From Dehalococcoidia bacterium (GTDB lineage: Bacteria > Chloroflexota > Dehalococcoidia > DATCLE01): DNA of 47,250 bases. Both the position numbers and the translations under genes were made by a program. This document shows positions 28,732 through 36,721 of this stretch, in pieces. Each line of letters begins with the position of its first letter. Position 1 is the stretch's first letter. Under the pieces are notes generated by a model. The model ran no database searches. It was not told the origin of the DNA and saw only the letters and a list, made by a program, of their open reading frames with translations. The stretch covers positions 1 to 47,250 of the forward strand of contig DATCLE010000165.1 in assembly GCA_036564075.1 (NCBI GenBank), read 5' to 3'.

Positions 28732-29343
28732 TCAGCGCTCCGGGCCGGCGGGGAGGTAGAGCCGGCGGACGCGCACGGCGTTCCGGCGGCCGTAGCGGGC
28801 CAGGCCGCGGGTGAAGGCGGCCAGCCGCTCGTTCCCCCAGGCCTGGAACTGACGCCAGACATCCGGGCCGCCGGCGTTCACCCGGTTCACGGCGTAGGCG
28901 GCCTGCTCCAGGGCGGCGTAGGCCGCCGCGCCCGCCGCCAGCAGCTCCTCCAACTGGGGCGGGACGGTGGAGCCGGCCGCGTCCAGGCTGTGGAGGCGGG
29001 CGTAGAGCACCCGCACCGGCTCCGCGGCCTGGGGCGCCGTCTCCACCAGCAGGGTCAGGGTGCTGCCCCGGCGGGAGAACGGCACGTAGGCGGGCGGGTA
29101 GCGGTCCACCGGGTACTCCACCGCGTCCACGCCGATGAGGCCGTCCAGGCCGGCCAGGGAGAGGTCCCGGCTGCCGGGCGTGGTGGTGAGCTGGGCCGCC
29201 GCCTCGTCCGGGATGGCCAGGCTCAGCTCCCGCAGCGCCCGCTGGATGTGCCGGTCCAAGGCGGCGTCCGGCCACCGCTGGGCCGTGGGGTCGGTGTCGC
29301 GCAGGTCCAGGCGGACCCGGGATCGCAGCTCCGTCAGGTTCAT
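28732..29343 (-). CDS. phage-like hypothetical protein in head-tail adaptor position
   Basis: 203 aa starting MNLTELRSRVRLDLRDTDPTAQRWPDAALDRHIQRAL, immediately downstream of the major capsid gene. The function is inferred from position only. Confidence 0.4.
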   Translation of the reverse strand: MNLTELRSRVRLDLRDTDPTAQRWPDAALDRHIQRALRELSLAIPDEAAAQLTTTPGSRDLSLAGLDGLIGVDAVEYPVDRYPPAYVPFSRRGSTLTLLVETAPQAAEPVRVLYARLHSLDAAGSTVPPQLEELLAAGAAAYAALEQAAYAVNRVNAGGPDVWRQFQAWGNERLAAFTRGLARYGRRNAVRVRRLYLPAGPER

Positions 29344-29367
29344 GGCTCCTGCCTCCTCCGGCCCAGC

Positions 29368-29393
29368 GGCCCCGGGGCGCCGTCCCCGGGGCC
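29368..29393 (-). terminator. intercistronic stem-loop after the capsid gene (partial terminator or mRNA stabiliser)
   Basis: Perfect 10-bp stem GGCCCCGGGG-N6-CCCCGGGGCC in the 64-nt gap between the capsid gene stop and the next ORF. Confidence 0.5.
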
Positions 29394-29407
29394 GCCCGCG
29401 GGCGCTC

Positions 29408-30295
29408 CTACGGCCGCACGCCGGTGAGCCGGGCCAGCTTCAGTGTGTTGAAGAGGGCCAGGGAGGCGTACCACTTGATGCGGGTACGGGTGGCGTCCTT
29501 CTCCTCCAGGCTGCCGATGCGCTCCACCTGGAGCCCGCCGGGGGAGGTGAGCCCGGCCAGCCCGCCCTCGCCGAACTGGACCGCGTAGATGGTGGAGCAG
29601 TCCGTGCTGGTGCCCACCGTCTGCGCGTCGGAGATGAAGTCGGACGTGGCCACCGGGATGCCGTCGTAGAACTGCACCATCTGGCCGAACTCGTTGCGGT
29701 CCGTCTCCAGGAAGGCGCCGGAGTTGCGGGCCAGGCTGTTGAGCTTGCGGCGGCTGCGTTTGCTCATGATGAGCAGGTCCGGCTTCCCGCCCTTCACCTG
29801 GTCCACCAGCTCGTCCAGCTTCTCCAGGGTGAGCTGGCCGCCGTTGGCGCCCAGGCTGATGGTCTGCTCCGGCGCGCACAGGCGGTCCAGGCCGTCGAAG
29901 GCCTTGGGGTCCGCCGTGCTGTCGCCGTTGATGAAGTAGTCGTCGAAGAGCCGCTGGACGGCCCGGGCCTTGAGCTGGATCACCGCCGTCTCCAGGTCCT
30001 GCACGTTGCTGCGGGTCTGGGCCAGGAAGTTGTCCACGTCGGCGTCGCCGCCCAGGATGCGGAGGGTAGCCGTCTCCTGCGTGAAGGTGGGCGTGCTCTC
30101 CGTCCAGATGTCGCCCACGGCGAAGAAGGCCGCTCCGGCCGGGGTGTTCTCCCGGTTGTAGGTGAGGCCGTTCCCCACGATCTCGATGAACGGCAGGTGC
30201 TGGAGCACCGGCGAGTCCATGATGACGGTCTCGATGACGCCCGCCAGCAGGACGTCGTTGGAGAGCTTGGATGCCTCCGCCAGGGTCAGGGCCAT
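29408..30295 (-). CDS. phage major capsid protein (HK97-fold type, no delta domain)
   Basis: 295 aa from MALTLAEASKLSNDVLLAGVIETVIMDSPVLQHLPFIEIVGNGLTYNRE, with C-terminal IKWYASLALFN. This pattern is typical of a phage major capsid family. GAGAGGAGG RBS; the track ORF start at 30364 is rejected. Confidence 0.75.
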   Translation of the reverse strand: MALTLAEASKLSNDVLLAGVIETVIMDSPVLQHLPFIEIVGNGLTYNRENTPAGAAFFAVGDIWTESTPTFTQETATLRILGGDADVDNFLAQTRSNVQDLETAVIQLKARAVQRLFDDYFINGDSTADPKAFDGLDRLCAPEQTISLGANGGQLTLEKLDELVDQVKGGKPDLLIMSKRSRRKLNSLARNSGAFLETDRNEFGQMVQFYDGIPVATSDFISDAQTVGTSTDCSTIYAVQFGEGGLAGLTSPGGLQVERIGSLEEKDATRTRIKWYASLALFNTLKLARLTGVRP

Positions 30296-30317
30296 GGAGT
30301 ACCTCCTCTCGGCTGCG

Positions 30318-30335
30318 GTCCTTCCCGGGAAGGAC
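30318..30335. repeat. perfect 18-bp palindrome in the capsid-gene leader
   Basis: GTCCTTCCCGGGAAGGAC, between the predicted transcription start and the RBS of the capsid gene. Confidence 0.8.
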
Positions 30336-30352
30336 GCCTTTGACCGGCCCGG

Positions 30353-30383
30353 AGGATAGCACATGTGTTCTATAGACCGTCAA
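30353..30383 (-). promoter_or_regulatory. promoter P2 (capsid-tail unit) with LexA/Cheo-box-like operator
   Basis: Minus strand reads TTGACG, 19-nt spacer, TATCCT. The operator TAGAAC-ACAT-GTGCTA (30357-30372) ends with its last two bases forming the TA of the -10. Confidence 0.6.
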
Positions 30384-30474
30384 CGGGCGCCTGTCACCGG
30401 CGGAATACCACACCCGGGGGTCCCGCCCCACGTCGCGGCGGGGCTACCGTGGAGGTGTCAAGGAGGTGAGCACC

Positions 30475-30870
30475 ATGCCGGCACGAACGCGCGAACGGGC
30501 CGCGGGCGGCGGCGGGACGTCCATCCCCAGCACCATCCTGCGGTCCGATAAGCACGCCCAGGAGATCTGGAAGAAGGCGCACGACAGCGCGGTGCAGACG
30601 TATGGCGAGGGCGGCCGGGCGCACCGCGTGGCCTACGCCGCCCTGAAGCACCAGTACGAGAAGAAGGGCGACCGCTGGGTCAGGAAGGAGCACCCCGGCC
30701 CGTCCGACCCGCAGGCCGCCCGTGGCCCCACCACGCGCCCCCGCTCCACCGACGAGCCGGCGGCCCCCACAGCGGGCGGCAAGGTGGCGCGGACGGAGCC
30801 GGAGGCGCGGGCCAAGGCCCGGGAGGCCCGCAAGGAGGCGGCGGCCGCCCGGCGCCGCCGCAGCCGCTGA
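30475..30870 (+). CDS. chaB: ChaB-family protein
   Basis: The ATG follows AGGAGGTGA. The ChaB pattern is present: IPSTILRSDKHAQEIWKKAHDSAVQTYGEGGRAHRVAYAALKHQYEKKGDRW. The C-terminal tail is basic and low-complexity. Confidence 0.75.
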   Translation: MPARTRERAAGGGGTSIPSTILRSDKHAQEIWKKAHDSAVQTYGEGGRAHRVAYAALKHQYEKKGDRWVRKEHPGPSDPQAARGPTTRPRSTDEPAAPTAGGKVARTEPEARAKAREARKEAAAARRRRSR

Positions 30871-30885
30871 CGCCCCGCCGTCCGG

Positions 30886-31788
30886 TCACGGGCCTCCGGT
30901 GGGGCCGCGCCGCAAGGCCAGCACGCCGGCCGCCCGCCAGCCGGCGGCGGCGGTCAGGGCCCCGGCCAGCACATCGGCCGTGTAGTGCTCGCCCAGGTAG
31001 ACCAGGGCGAAGCCCATGGCCGCCGCGTACCCGGCCCCGGCCACCCCCGCGGCCCGGCGGAGCCGCCACGCGGCGGTCGCCACCAGGACCGTCAGCGCCG
31101 TGTGCAGCGACGGCATGGCCGCCACAGGGTTGACGCCTGCCAGCTCGTGGCCCTCGCGGTACGCCGCTGCCCCTTCGCCCCCCACCAGTTCCGGCACAAT
31201 GCGGGTCACGGGGGGGATCTCGCCCGCCTGCGCCGCCAGCCACGGAGGCGCCGTGGGCACCGCGTAGCAGACCGCCAGGCCGATGTACGCGGTGATGAGG
31301 ACGGCGTACACGTACTGCCGGAAGACGGCTGCCCCGCACCGCCAGAGCAGCAGTGCCGTGAGGTGGGGCACCAGGAAGTAGGAGAGGTAGACGGCCGCCG
31401 TGACCACGTCCAGGGTGCCCGCCGTCCCCGGCGTGTGGAGGTGCTGCTGGAGCCAGACGGTGGGGATGCCGCCGGTCAGTGCCCGCTCCAGCACGATGAC
31501 GTAGCCGTACTGCCAGGGGACGCCCGTCTCGTCGCCGAAGCGGCGCAGGTACGCCCAGAGGACAAAGCCCACCAGGTAGAGGGCCGCCGCGCTGGAGGCG
31601 GCCCGCTGCCGCTCCACGAGGAGCAGCAGGCCGGCGGAGGCCGCCAGCGTCCCGCCGATGACGTAGGGCGGGACTTCGGACCTGGCCAGCAGCAGGGTCC
31701 AGAGGCAGGCCGCCAGGGCGGCCCACCGGCCGAGGTTCAACGCCGCGTGGGCCATGCCGTGGGCGGAGACCGGGGTGCGGACGTTCAC
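30886..31788 (-). CDS. PAP2-superfamily membrane phosphatase/phosphotransferase (PAP2_3-like)
   Basis: Multi-TM protein with MPSLHTA and GEHYTADVLAG phosphatase motifs. Start placed at GTG 31788, 4 nt after GGAGG; ATG 31755 is the alternative. The longer track ORF to 32061 is Arg/Pro-rich and overlaps the speH promoter. Confidence 0.7.
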   Translation of the reverse strand: MNVRTPVSAHGMAHAALNLGRWAALAACLWTLLLARSEVPPYVIGGTLAASAGLLLLVERQRAASSAAALYLVGFVLWAYLRRFGDETGVPWQYGYVIVLERALTGGIPTVWLQQHLHTPGTAGTLDVVTAAVYLSYFLVPHLTALLLWRCGAAVFRQYVYAVLITAYIGLAVCYAVPTAPPWLAAQAGEIPPVTRIVPELVGGEGAAAYREGHELAGVNPVAAMPSLHTALTVLVATAAWRLRRAAGVAGAGYAAAMGFALVYLGEHYTADVLAGALTAAAGWRAAGVLALRRGPTGGP

Positions 31789-32008
31789 GGCGCCTCCGGG
31801 CAAGGCTGGTGTGGTGGACGGTGGCAGCGCGCACGCCGCCGCTGGGATCATCGGCCGGCGGTCGCCCGGGCCTGAGGGCGGGCGCGGGGTTCCGGCGCGC
31901 GGCAGGCAGCGTGGGCCGGGCTGCCGCCCGCGGGCCAGGATCCTCCCGCGGCCTGCTCCTCTCCGGCCCCCGTTCCCCGTCACGGCCCCCGTTTTCCTGC
32001 ACAGAGCA

Positions 32009-32037
32009 TTGACCGGCGCCGCCGTGGATCCGACAAT
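32009..32037 (+). promoter_or_regulatory. promoter of speH-speE
   Basis: TTGACC, 17-nt spacer, GACAAT, 40 nt upstream of the GTG start. Confidence 0.5.
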
Positions 32038-32076
32038 GGACGGTGATTCCAGTCGGCCCATGGAGGTTACGGGGGG

Positions 32077-32427
32077 GTGAAAAGCCTAGGACGACACGTC
32101 ATCGTCGAGCTCTGGGGTTGTCAGAACATCGATTCCGAGTCCCTGGTCGAGGAGGCCTTGCGAGAGGCCGTGGACGCCTGCCAGGTCACCATGCGGGACC
32201 TGCAGGTGTTTCCGTGGGAGCCGTACAACGGGGTGAGCGGCATCGCCATCCTGGCGGAGTCCCACCTCAGCATCCACACGTGGCCGGAGTTGGGGTACGC
32301 CGCGGTGGACATCTTCACCTGCGGCGAGCAGGCGCGGCCGGAGGCCGCCGTGCCGGTCCTCCAGCGCTACTTCGTGCCGCAGCGGCTCAACGTCATGCAG
32401 GTGGACCGGGGGATCATCCTTGACTGA
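32077..32427 (+). CDS. speH: S-adenosylmethionine decarboxylase proenzyme (pyruvoyl, small bacterial/archaeal class)
   Basis: 116 aa with GRHVIVELWGC and the self-cleavage/pyruvoyl motif AESHLSIHTWPE, followed by VDIFTCG. Confidence 0.92.
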   Translation: MKSLGRHVIVELWGCQNIDSESLVEEALREAVDACQVTMRDLQVFPWEPYNGVSGIAILAESHLSIHTWPELGYAAVDIFTCGEQARPEAAVPVLQRYFVPQRLNVMQVDRGIILD

Positions 32428-33379
32428 CGGCGGCCTGTGGTTCGGGGAACCGCCACAAGCGGGGCAGCAGCCACTCCTGCTGGTCCGCGCTTCTTTGCAC
32501 CGGCGCCGCTCCCGCTACCAGACCATTGAAGTCCTGGAGACGGCCCTCTTCGGCCGTACCCTGGTCCTGGACCAGATCATCCAGACCACGGAGCGGGACG
32601 AGTTCTTCTACCATGAGATGCTGGTCCACCCCGCCATGACGGCGCACCCGGCCCCGCGCCGCGTCCTGGTCATCGGCGGGGGCGACGGCGGCGCCCTGCG
32701 CCGTGTCCTGGAGCACGGGGTGGAGCACGCCACCCTGGTGGAGATCGACCCGGAGGTGGTGGAGGTGAGCCGCCAGCACCTCCCCTCCGTCAGCGCCGGC
32801 GCCTTTGACGACCCGCGGGCGGAGCTGGTGTTCCAGGACGGCTACGCCTTCGTGGAGGAGCGGGCGGCCGCCCGCTCCGCCCCGCGGTACGACGTGGTGA
32901 TCGTGGACGCGCCGGACCCCATCGGTCCCGGCAAGCGGCTGTTCACGCCGGCGTTCTACCGCGCCCTGCACGACGTCCTTACGGAGGACGGCTTGGCGGT
33001 GGTGCAGAGCGAGTCGCCGCTGCTCATGGCCACGCAGACGGCGGCCACCTTCCTGCACCTGCGGGGCGCCTTCCCCACCGCCCGCACGTACCTGGGGGCG
33101 GTGCCCGCGTACCCCGGCGTGCTGTGGAGCTTCACCATCGGCTCCCGCCGGCACGACCCGGCGGCCGTGGAGCCGGCGGAGCTGGAGCGGCGCGTCCAGG
33201 AGCGCGGCCTCCTGACCCAGTACTACACGCCCGCCGTGCACCGGGCCGCCTTCGCGCTGCCCGCGTTCCTGGAGCGGTTCCTGGCGGACTCCGCGGCGGC
33301 GGGCGAGCCGGCGGACCGGCACCCCTTCTTCCCCGTGGCCCAGGGCATCACCGTGGCCGAGCCGCCGCCCGGCGGCTGA
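32420..33379 (+). CDS. speE: spermidine synthase (polyamine aminopropyltransferase)
   Basis: TTG start overlapping the speH stop. Motifs: QTIEVLE...GRTLVLD...ERDEFFYHEMLVHP, VLVIGGGDGGALR, and DVVIVDAPDP. Confidence 0.9.
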   Translation: MTDGGLWFGEPPQAGQQPLLLVRASLHRRRSRYQTIEVLETALFGRTLVLDQIIQTTERDEFFYHEMLVHPAMTAHPAPRRVLVIGGGDGGALRRVLEHGVEHATLVEIDPEVVEVSRQHLPSVSAGAFDDPRAELVFQDGYAFVEERAAARSAPRYDVVIVDAPDPIGPGKRLFTPAFYRALHDVLTEDGLAVVQSESPLLMATQTAATFLHLRGAFPTARTYLGAVPAYPGVLWSFTIGSRRHDPAAVEPAELERRVQERGLLTQYYTPAVHRAAFALPAFLERFLADSAAAGEPADRHPFFPVAQGITVAEPPPGG

Positions 33380-33433
33380 GCCGGGCTGGACGCTGCGGCG
33401 GGAATACGGTATCCTGAAAACAGGCGTTGACGG

Positions 33434-33510
33434 GGCGCATTCGTCTAGCGGCCCAGGACGCCGCCCTCTCAAGGCGGAGATCAGGGGTTCGAATCCCCTA
33501 TGCGCCACCA
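33434..33510 (+). tRNA. tRNA-Glu (anticodon CUC), CCA encoded
   Basis: GGCGCAT acceptor stem paired with ATGCGCC, and an anticodon stem CCGCC/GGCGG with loop CTCTCAA. The T-arm is AGGGGTTCGAATCCCCT and the 3' end is ACCA. The sequence is collinear with E. coli tRNA-Glu. Confidence 0.93.
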
Positions 33511-33516
33511 GACGCC

Positions 33517-33545
33517 CGCGGGCCGGACAGAACGTCCGGCCCGCG
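33517..33545. terminator. bidirectional stem-loop between tRNA-Glu and the coiled-coil gene
   Basis: 12-bp stem CGCGGGCCGGAC-agaac-GTCCGGCCCGCG. Confidence 0.55.
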
Positions 33546-33572
33546 CTCGTTCTCCCGCCGTCGCCCCTGCGC

Positions 33573-34076
33573 TCACCCCCGGGACGTGCGCAGCCCGTGG
33601 GCGATCTTGTCCCGCGGGCTCAGGCCCGTGAGGTCCGTCCCTGTGCGGGGCGGCGCTCCCGGCGGCACGCGGCCGCGGCGGGCCTGGGCCTCCATCTGCT
33701 CCCGCACGCGCGCCACCGTCTCCCGCGCCCGCGCCAGCGCCCCGTCGATCTCCTCGATGCTGTCGCCCGTCACTAGGTCGGCCGGTAGCTCCGGCTCCGC
33801 CCGCAGCGCCAGCTCCCGGTAGCGCGCCGCGGCCGTGGTCAGGCGGCCCTGGAGCTCCTCCACGCTGCTCCGGAGGGAGGCCGCCTCCTGCTCCCGCGTC
33901 CGCGCCGTCTCCTCCGCCGCCGCCAGTGCCTGCTCCAGCGCCGCCGTCCGCTCCTCCAGGTGGCGGGCCCGCGCCTCCCGGTCCGCCGTCAGGGCCGCCA
34001 GCCGCTCCAGCTCCGCCTGTGCCTCCGCCAGCTCCTCCTGGAGCGCCGCCAGTTCCGGATCCTGCTCGTCGCTCAT
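33573..34076 (-). CDS. acidic coiled-coil protein with basic C-terminus (phage scaffolding-protein candidate)
   Basis: 167 aa. Heptad-rich ELAALQEELAEAQAELERLAAL...ALEQALAAAEE precedes an Arg-rich tail. It lies between portal and capsid in gene order and is driven by a promoter with the same operator design as those two units. Confidence 0.5.
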   Translation of the reverse strand: MSDEQDPELAALQEELAEAQAELERLAALTADREARARHLEERTAALEQALAAAEETARTREQEAASLRSSVEELQGRLTTAAARYRELALRAEPELPADLVTGDSIEEIDGALARARETVARVREQMEAQARRGRVPPGAPPRTGTDLTGLSPRDKIAHGLRTSRG

Positions 34077-34115
34077 GGGGTCTCCTCCGTGCTCCGTCCT
34101 GGGATCGACGCCCGC

Positions 34116-34145
34116 AGGATAGAACGCATGTTCTCATCCCGGCAA
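34116..34145 (-). promoter_or_regulatory. promoter P3 (scaffold-like gene) with LexA/Cheo-box-like operator
   Basis: Minus strand reads TTGCCG, 18-nt spacer, TATCCT. The operator gAGAAC-ATGC-GTTCTA (34120-34135) has a perfect GAAC-N4-GTTC core abutting the -10. Confidence 0.6.
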
Positions 34146-34267
34146 CGGCCGGGCGTCACCTCGGGTCTCCCTACGGAATGGGCCCGCCCGTGCCGATACT
34201 GAAGGAAGGCACCCGTCTCAGGCCCGCAGGCGACCCCGCGGCCTTTCCGGCTGGTGATGGTGTTCAC

Positions 34268-35386
34268 ATGCACACAGTTCGCCGTCTGCTGGACGGTCTG
34301 AGGCCGCTGCCCGACCCTGCCCGCCAGGAGCGGGAGCGCCAGACGGCCATCCTCCGCGTGGTCCTGCGCCTCAACGATGTGGCGCTGGTGGCCTTCGTCT
34401 TCCTGGCCGTCGTCTCGCCCACCGTGCGGGACCGGCCGGAGGTGGCGCTGGGCGTGCCCCTCTACGTCCTCCTCTTCCGCGCCGTCCTGGCCCTCTACCT
34501 GAGCGACCGGATGTGGGCCTGGGGGCGCCGCGTGCGGAACCCCCTGCTCCTGACCGCCCTCTCCGGCGCGCCGCCCGTGGCCACCGCCCTCTGCTTCGGC
34601 TACGCCGTCGCCGTCACCGGCGGCGTCCACTCCCCCTTCGTGCCGGTCTTCGTGGTGGCCATGGTCTTCCCCGTCTCCCTGTTCCCGGACTGGCGGGGCC
34701 TGGCCATTGCGCTGGTGCAGCAGGCCGTCCTGGTGATGGCTTGCCTCTCCACCAAGCTCCACACACCGCTGGAAGACGCCCTCTTCCTGGTCATGCTGTT
34801 CGGCGTGCCCGCCGTGGTGGTGCCCCTGGCCCGGAACGAGCAGCGCTACCGGGTCCTCTCCGCCGTGGACGCCCTCTCCGGCGTCATGCTCCGCCGCCGC
34901 TTCGAGGAGCTGGCGGAACGACGGCTGGCGCGTCGCACCCGGCGGGCCGGCGGCGTGGGGCTGGCCATGCTGGACGTGGACCACTTCAAGGCCATCAACG
35001 ACGCCGTGGGCCACCTCCACGGCGACCGCGCCTTGCGCGCGGTGGGACAGGCGGCGCGGGAGGTGCTGAACCCGGCGGACCTCATCGGCCGGATGGGCGG
35101 CGATGAGTTCGCCATCCTCCTGTTCCGCCGCACCCGCCGGGAGGTGGAGGCGGAGCTGGAGCGCCTGCGGCGGTGCGTGGCGGAGCTGGATCTGGGACGC
35201 CAGGCGGATGGGGCGGGGCCGCAGCGCATCACCGTGAGCATCGGCCTGGCGTGGTCCACCGCCCGGCAGGTGCGGCTCCTGGAGCTGCTGTCCGCCGCGG
35301 ACGAGGCGCTCTACCGCGCCAAGGAGCGCGGCCGGAACCGGCTGGAGGTGGCGCCGCTGCCGGCGTGGGCCGGACGCGTGGCCTAG
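34268..35386 (+). CDS. membrane-anchored GGDEF diguanylate cyclase
   Basis: About 5 N-terminal TM helices, then DVDHFKAINDAVGHLHGDRAL...GRMGGDEFAILL (intact GGDEF) and LYRAKERGRN. Start at ATG 34268; the upstream part of the track ORF is antisense to the coiled-coil gene. Confidence 0.88.
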   Translation: MHTVRRLLDGLRPLPDPARQERERQTAILRVVLRLNDVALVAFVFLAVVSPTVRDRPEVALGVPLYVLLFRAVLALYLSDRMWAWGRRVRNPLLLTALSGAPPVATALCFGYAVAVTGGVHSPFVPVFVVAMVFPVSLFPDWRGLAIALVQQAVLVMACLSTKLHTPLEDALFLVMLFGVPAVVVPLARNEQRYRVLSAVDALSGVMLRRRFEELAERRLARRTRRAGGVGLAMLDVDHFKAINDAVGHLHGDRALRAVGQAAREVLNPADLIGRMGGDEFAILLFRRTRREVEAELERLRRCVAELDLGRQADGAGPQRITVSIGLAWSTARQVRLLELLSAADEALYRAKERGRNRLEVAPLPAWAGRVA

Positions 35387-36693
35387 CCCCGCTCCGCCGC
35401 CCGCTCCTCCAGCCAGCGGCGGAACTCCAGCTCCGGGTCCTCCACCCCCAGCTCATCGGCGGCGCGGCGGCGGCTGTAGACGCCCGCCTCCACCAGCGCC
35501 GTCACGTCGCCCACCTGGCGGCTCCGGTCCTGCGGCAGGACGGGACCCCACGTCACCCGGTGCCGCAGCCGGCCGAAGGACTCGCCCGTGGCGGCCTCCA
35601 GCACCCGCAGGATCAGCTCGTTGCGGCGGCGGTAGGCCGCCGTGCGGATCAGCCGCTTGCGCTCCACCTTCTTCAGCAAGGGGTCCAGCTCCGTGTTGAG
35701 GGCCACGCCGGAGAGCCCCTGCCGGTTCTCGCCGAAGGCCGTGCGCGGGCTCTCGCCCAGGTCGTGCAGGGTGCGGTAGATGAGGTCCACGTACTCCGCG
35801 TGGAGCCGCACGCCGCCGCCCTGGAGGAGGTCCAGCAGGTACGCCCGTGCCCGCTCCGGCAGCTCCCACACCGCGCCCGGCTGCACGGCGATGTCCTGGC
35901 TCTCCGTGACGTTCTCCAGCACGGCGATGGGGTTGCCGGAGAGCTCCAGGATCATGGAGAGCTGGGAGAGGGCGCGGTTCAACTCCCGCACCGGCTCCAT
36001 GATGGGCGGCAGGTCGCTCACGCCCCAGAACTGCTTGGGCTCCCGCAGGTTGGGGTAGATGACGAAGGGGATGACGCCGTAGGGGTTGGGGCGGGCCTCC
36101 ACCAGCCGGTCCGCCACCCACAGGTCAAAGGTGCGGTCCGTCCACACCTCCACCACCGTGCAGCGGCGCCGTCCCTGGGGCGGCTGCACGCCGTGGAGCA
36201 GCGCCGCCTCCTCCGCGGAGAGCTCGTACCGGCTGGCCACGCGCCAGACGCGTGTCACGTCGTCCCCCGCCCACCAGACGAAGAGCCCCTGCACGTCCGG
36301 CGCGGAGATGCGGACGCGGCGCTCCTGCGGGTCCCACGTCACCTTGAAGGCGCCGTCGCCCAGGACCGCCGCGTCCACCTCCGTATCGAAGTCCAGCTGG
36401 GCCAGGTCGTTCTCGTCCCAGATCCGCCGCAGCGTCTCCTCCGCCCGCCGGGCGCGCTCCGCCGCCTCCGGGCCCGGCTCCACCGGGTCCACGCTGAAGC
36501 CGCGCCCCAGCATCAGGTAGGAGGTGGTCTTGTCCACCAGCGCCTTCGCGTAGTTGAAGGTGAGGCGGCGTTCGTTACGGCGGCGCGGCCCCGTCCACTG
36601 CTGCCCTTGGTAGAAGGCCAGGTTCTCCGCGTAGGCCCGGAGCCGGCCCTGGTCCATGCGGTTCAACTGCTGGGGGATAGGGACCTCCCTCAC
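35383..36693 (-). CDS. phage portal protein (SPP1 gp6-like family)
   Basis: 436 aa with a GTG start 7 nt after GGGAGG. NLAFYQGQQW...RRLTFNYAKALVDKTTSYLMLGRGFSV is the characteristic N-terminal portal motif. Confidence 0.75.
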   Translation of the reverse strand: MREVPIPQQLNRMDQGRLRAYAENLAFYQGQQWTGPRRRNERRLTFNYAKALVDKTTSYLMLGRGFSVDPVEPGPEAAERARRAEETLRRIWDENDLAQLDFDTEVDAAVLGDGAFKVTWDPQERRVRISAPDVQGLFVWWAGDDVTRVWRVASRYELSAEEAALLHGVQPPQGRRRCTVVEVWTDRTFDLWVADRLVEARPNPYGVIPFVIYPNLREPKQFWGVSDLPPIMEPVRELNRALSQLSMILELSGNPIAVLENVTESQDIAVQPGAVWELPERARAYLLDLLQGGGVRLHAEYVDLIYRTLHDLGESPRTAFGENRQGLSGVALNTELDPLLKKVERKRLIRTAAYRRRNELILRVLEAATGESFGRLRHRVTWGPVLPQDRSRQVGDVTALVEAGVYSRRRAADELGVEDPELEFRRWLEERAAERG

Positions 36694-36721
36694 GCCTGCA
36701 CCTCCCGCGTCCGTCCCGCCG

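Noticed and set aside
32124-32135. GAAC-ATCG-ATTC, a one-mismatch LexA-like box
   Set aside because: It lies inside the speH coding region, 47 nt past the start, with no flanking TA/-10 context like P1-P3. I treat it as chance, although weak SOS control of speH cannot be excluded.
33434-33510. tRNA-Glu as the attachment site of a prophage
   Set aside because: I could not find a second copy of the tRNA 3' end (GGTTCGAATCCCCT...) anywhere in the window, and no integrase is present. The phage-like genes lie on both sides of the tRNA instead of to one side.
33926-34267. Longer N-terminus for the GGDEF protein (track ORF start 33926)
   Set aside because: The extension is Pro/Ala/Gly low complexity. 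It is antisense to the coiled-coil gene and spans promoter P3. ATG 34268 precedes the first TM helix.
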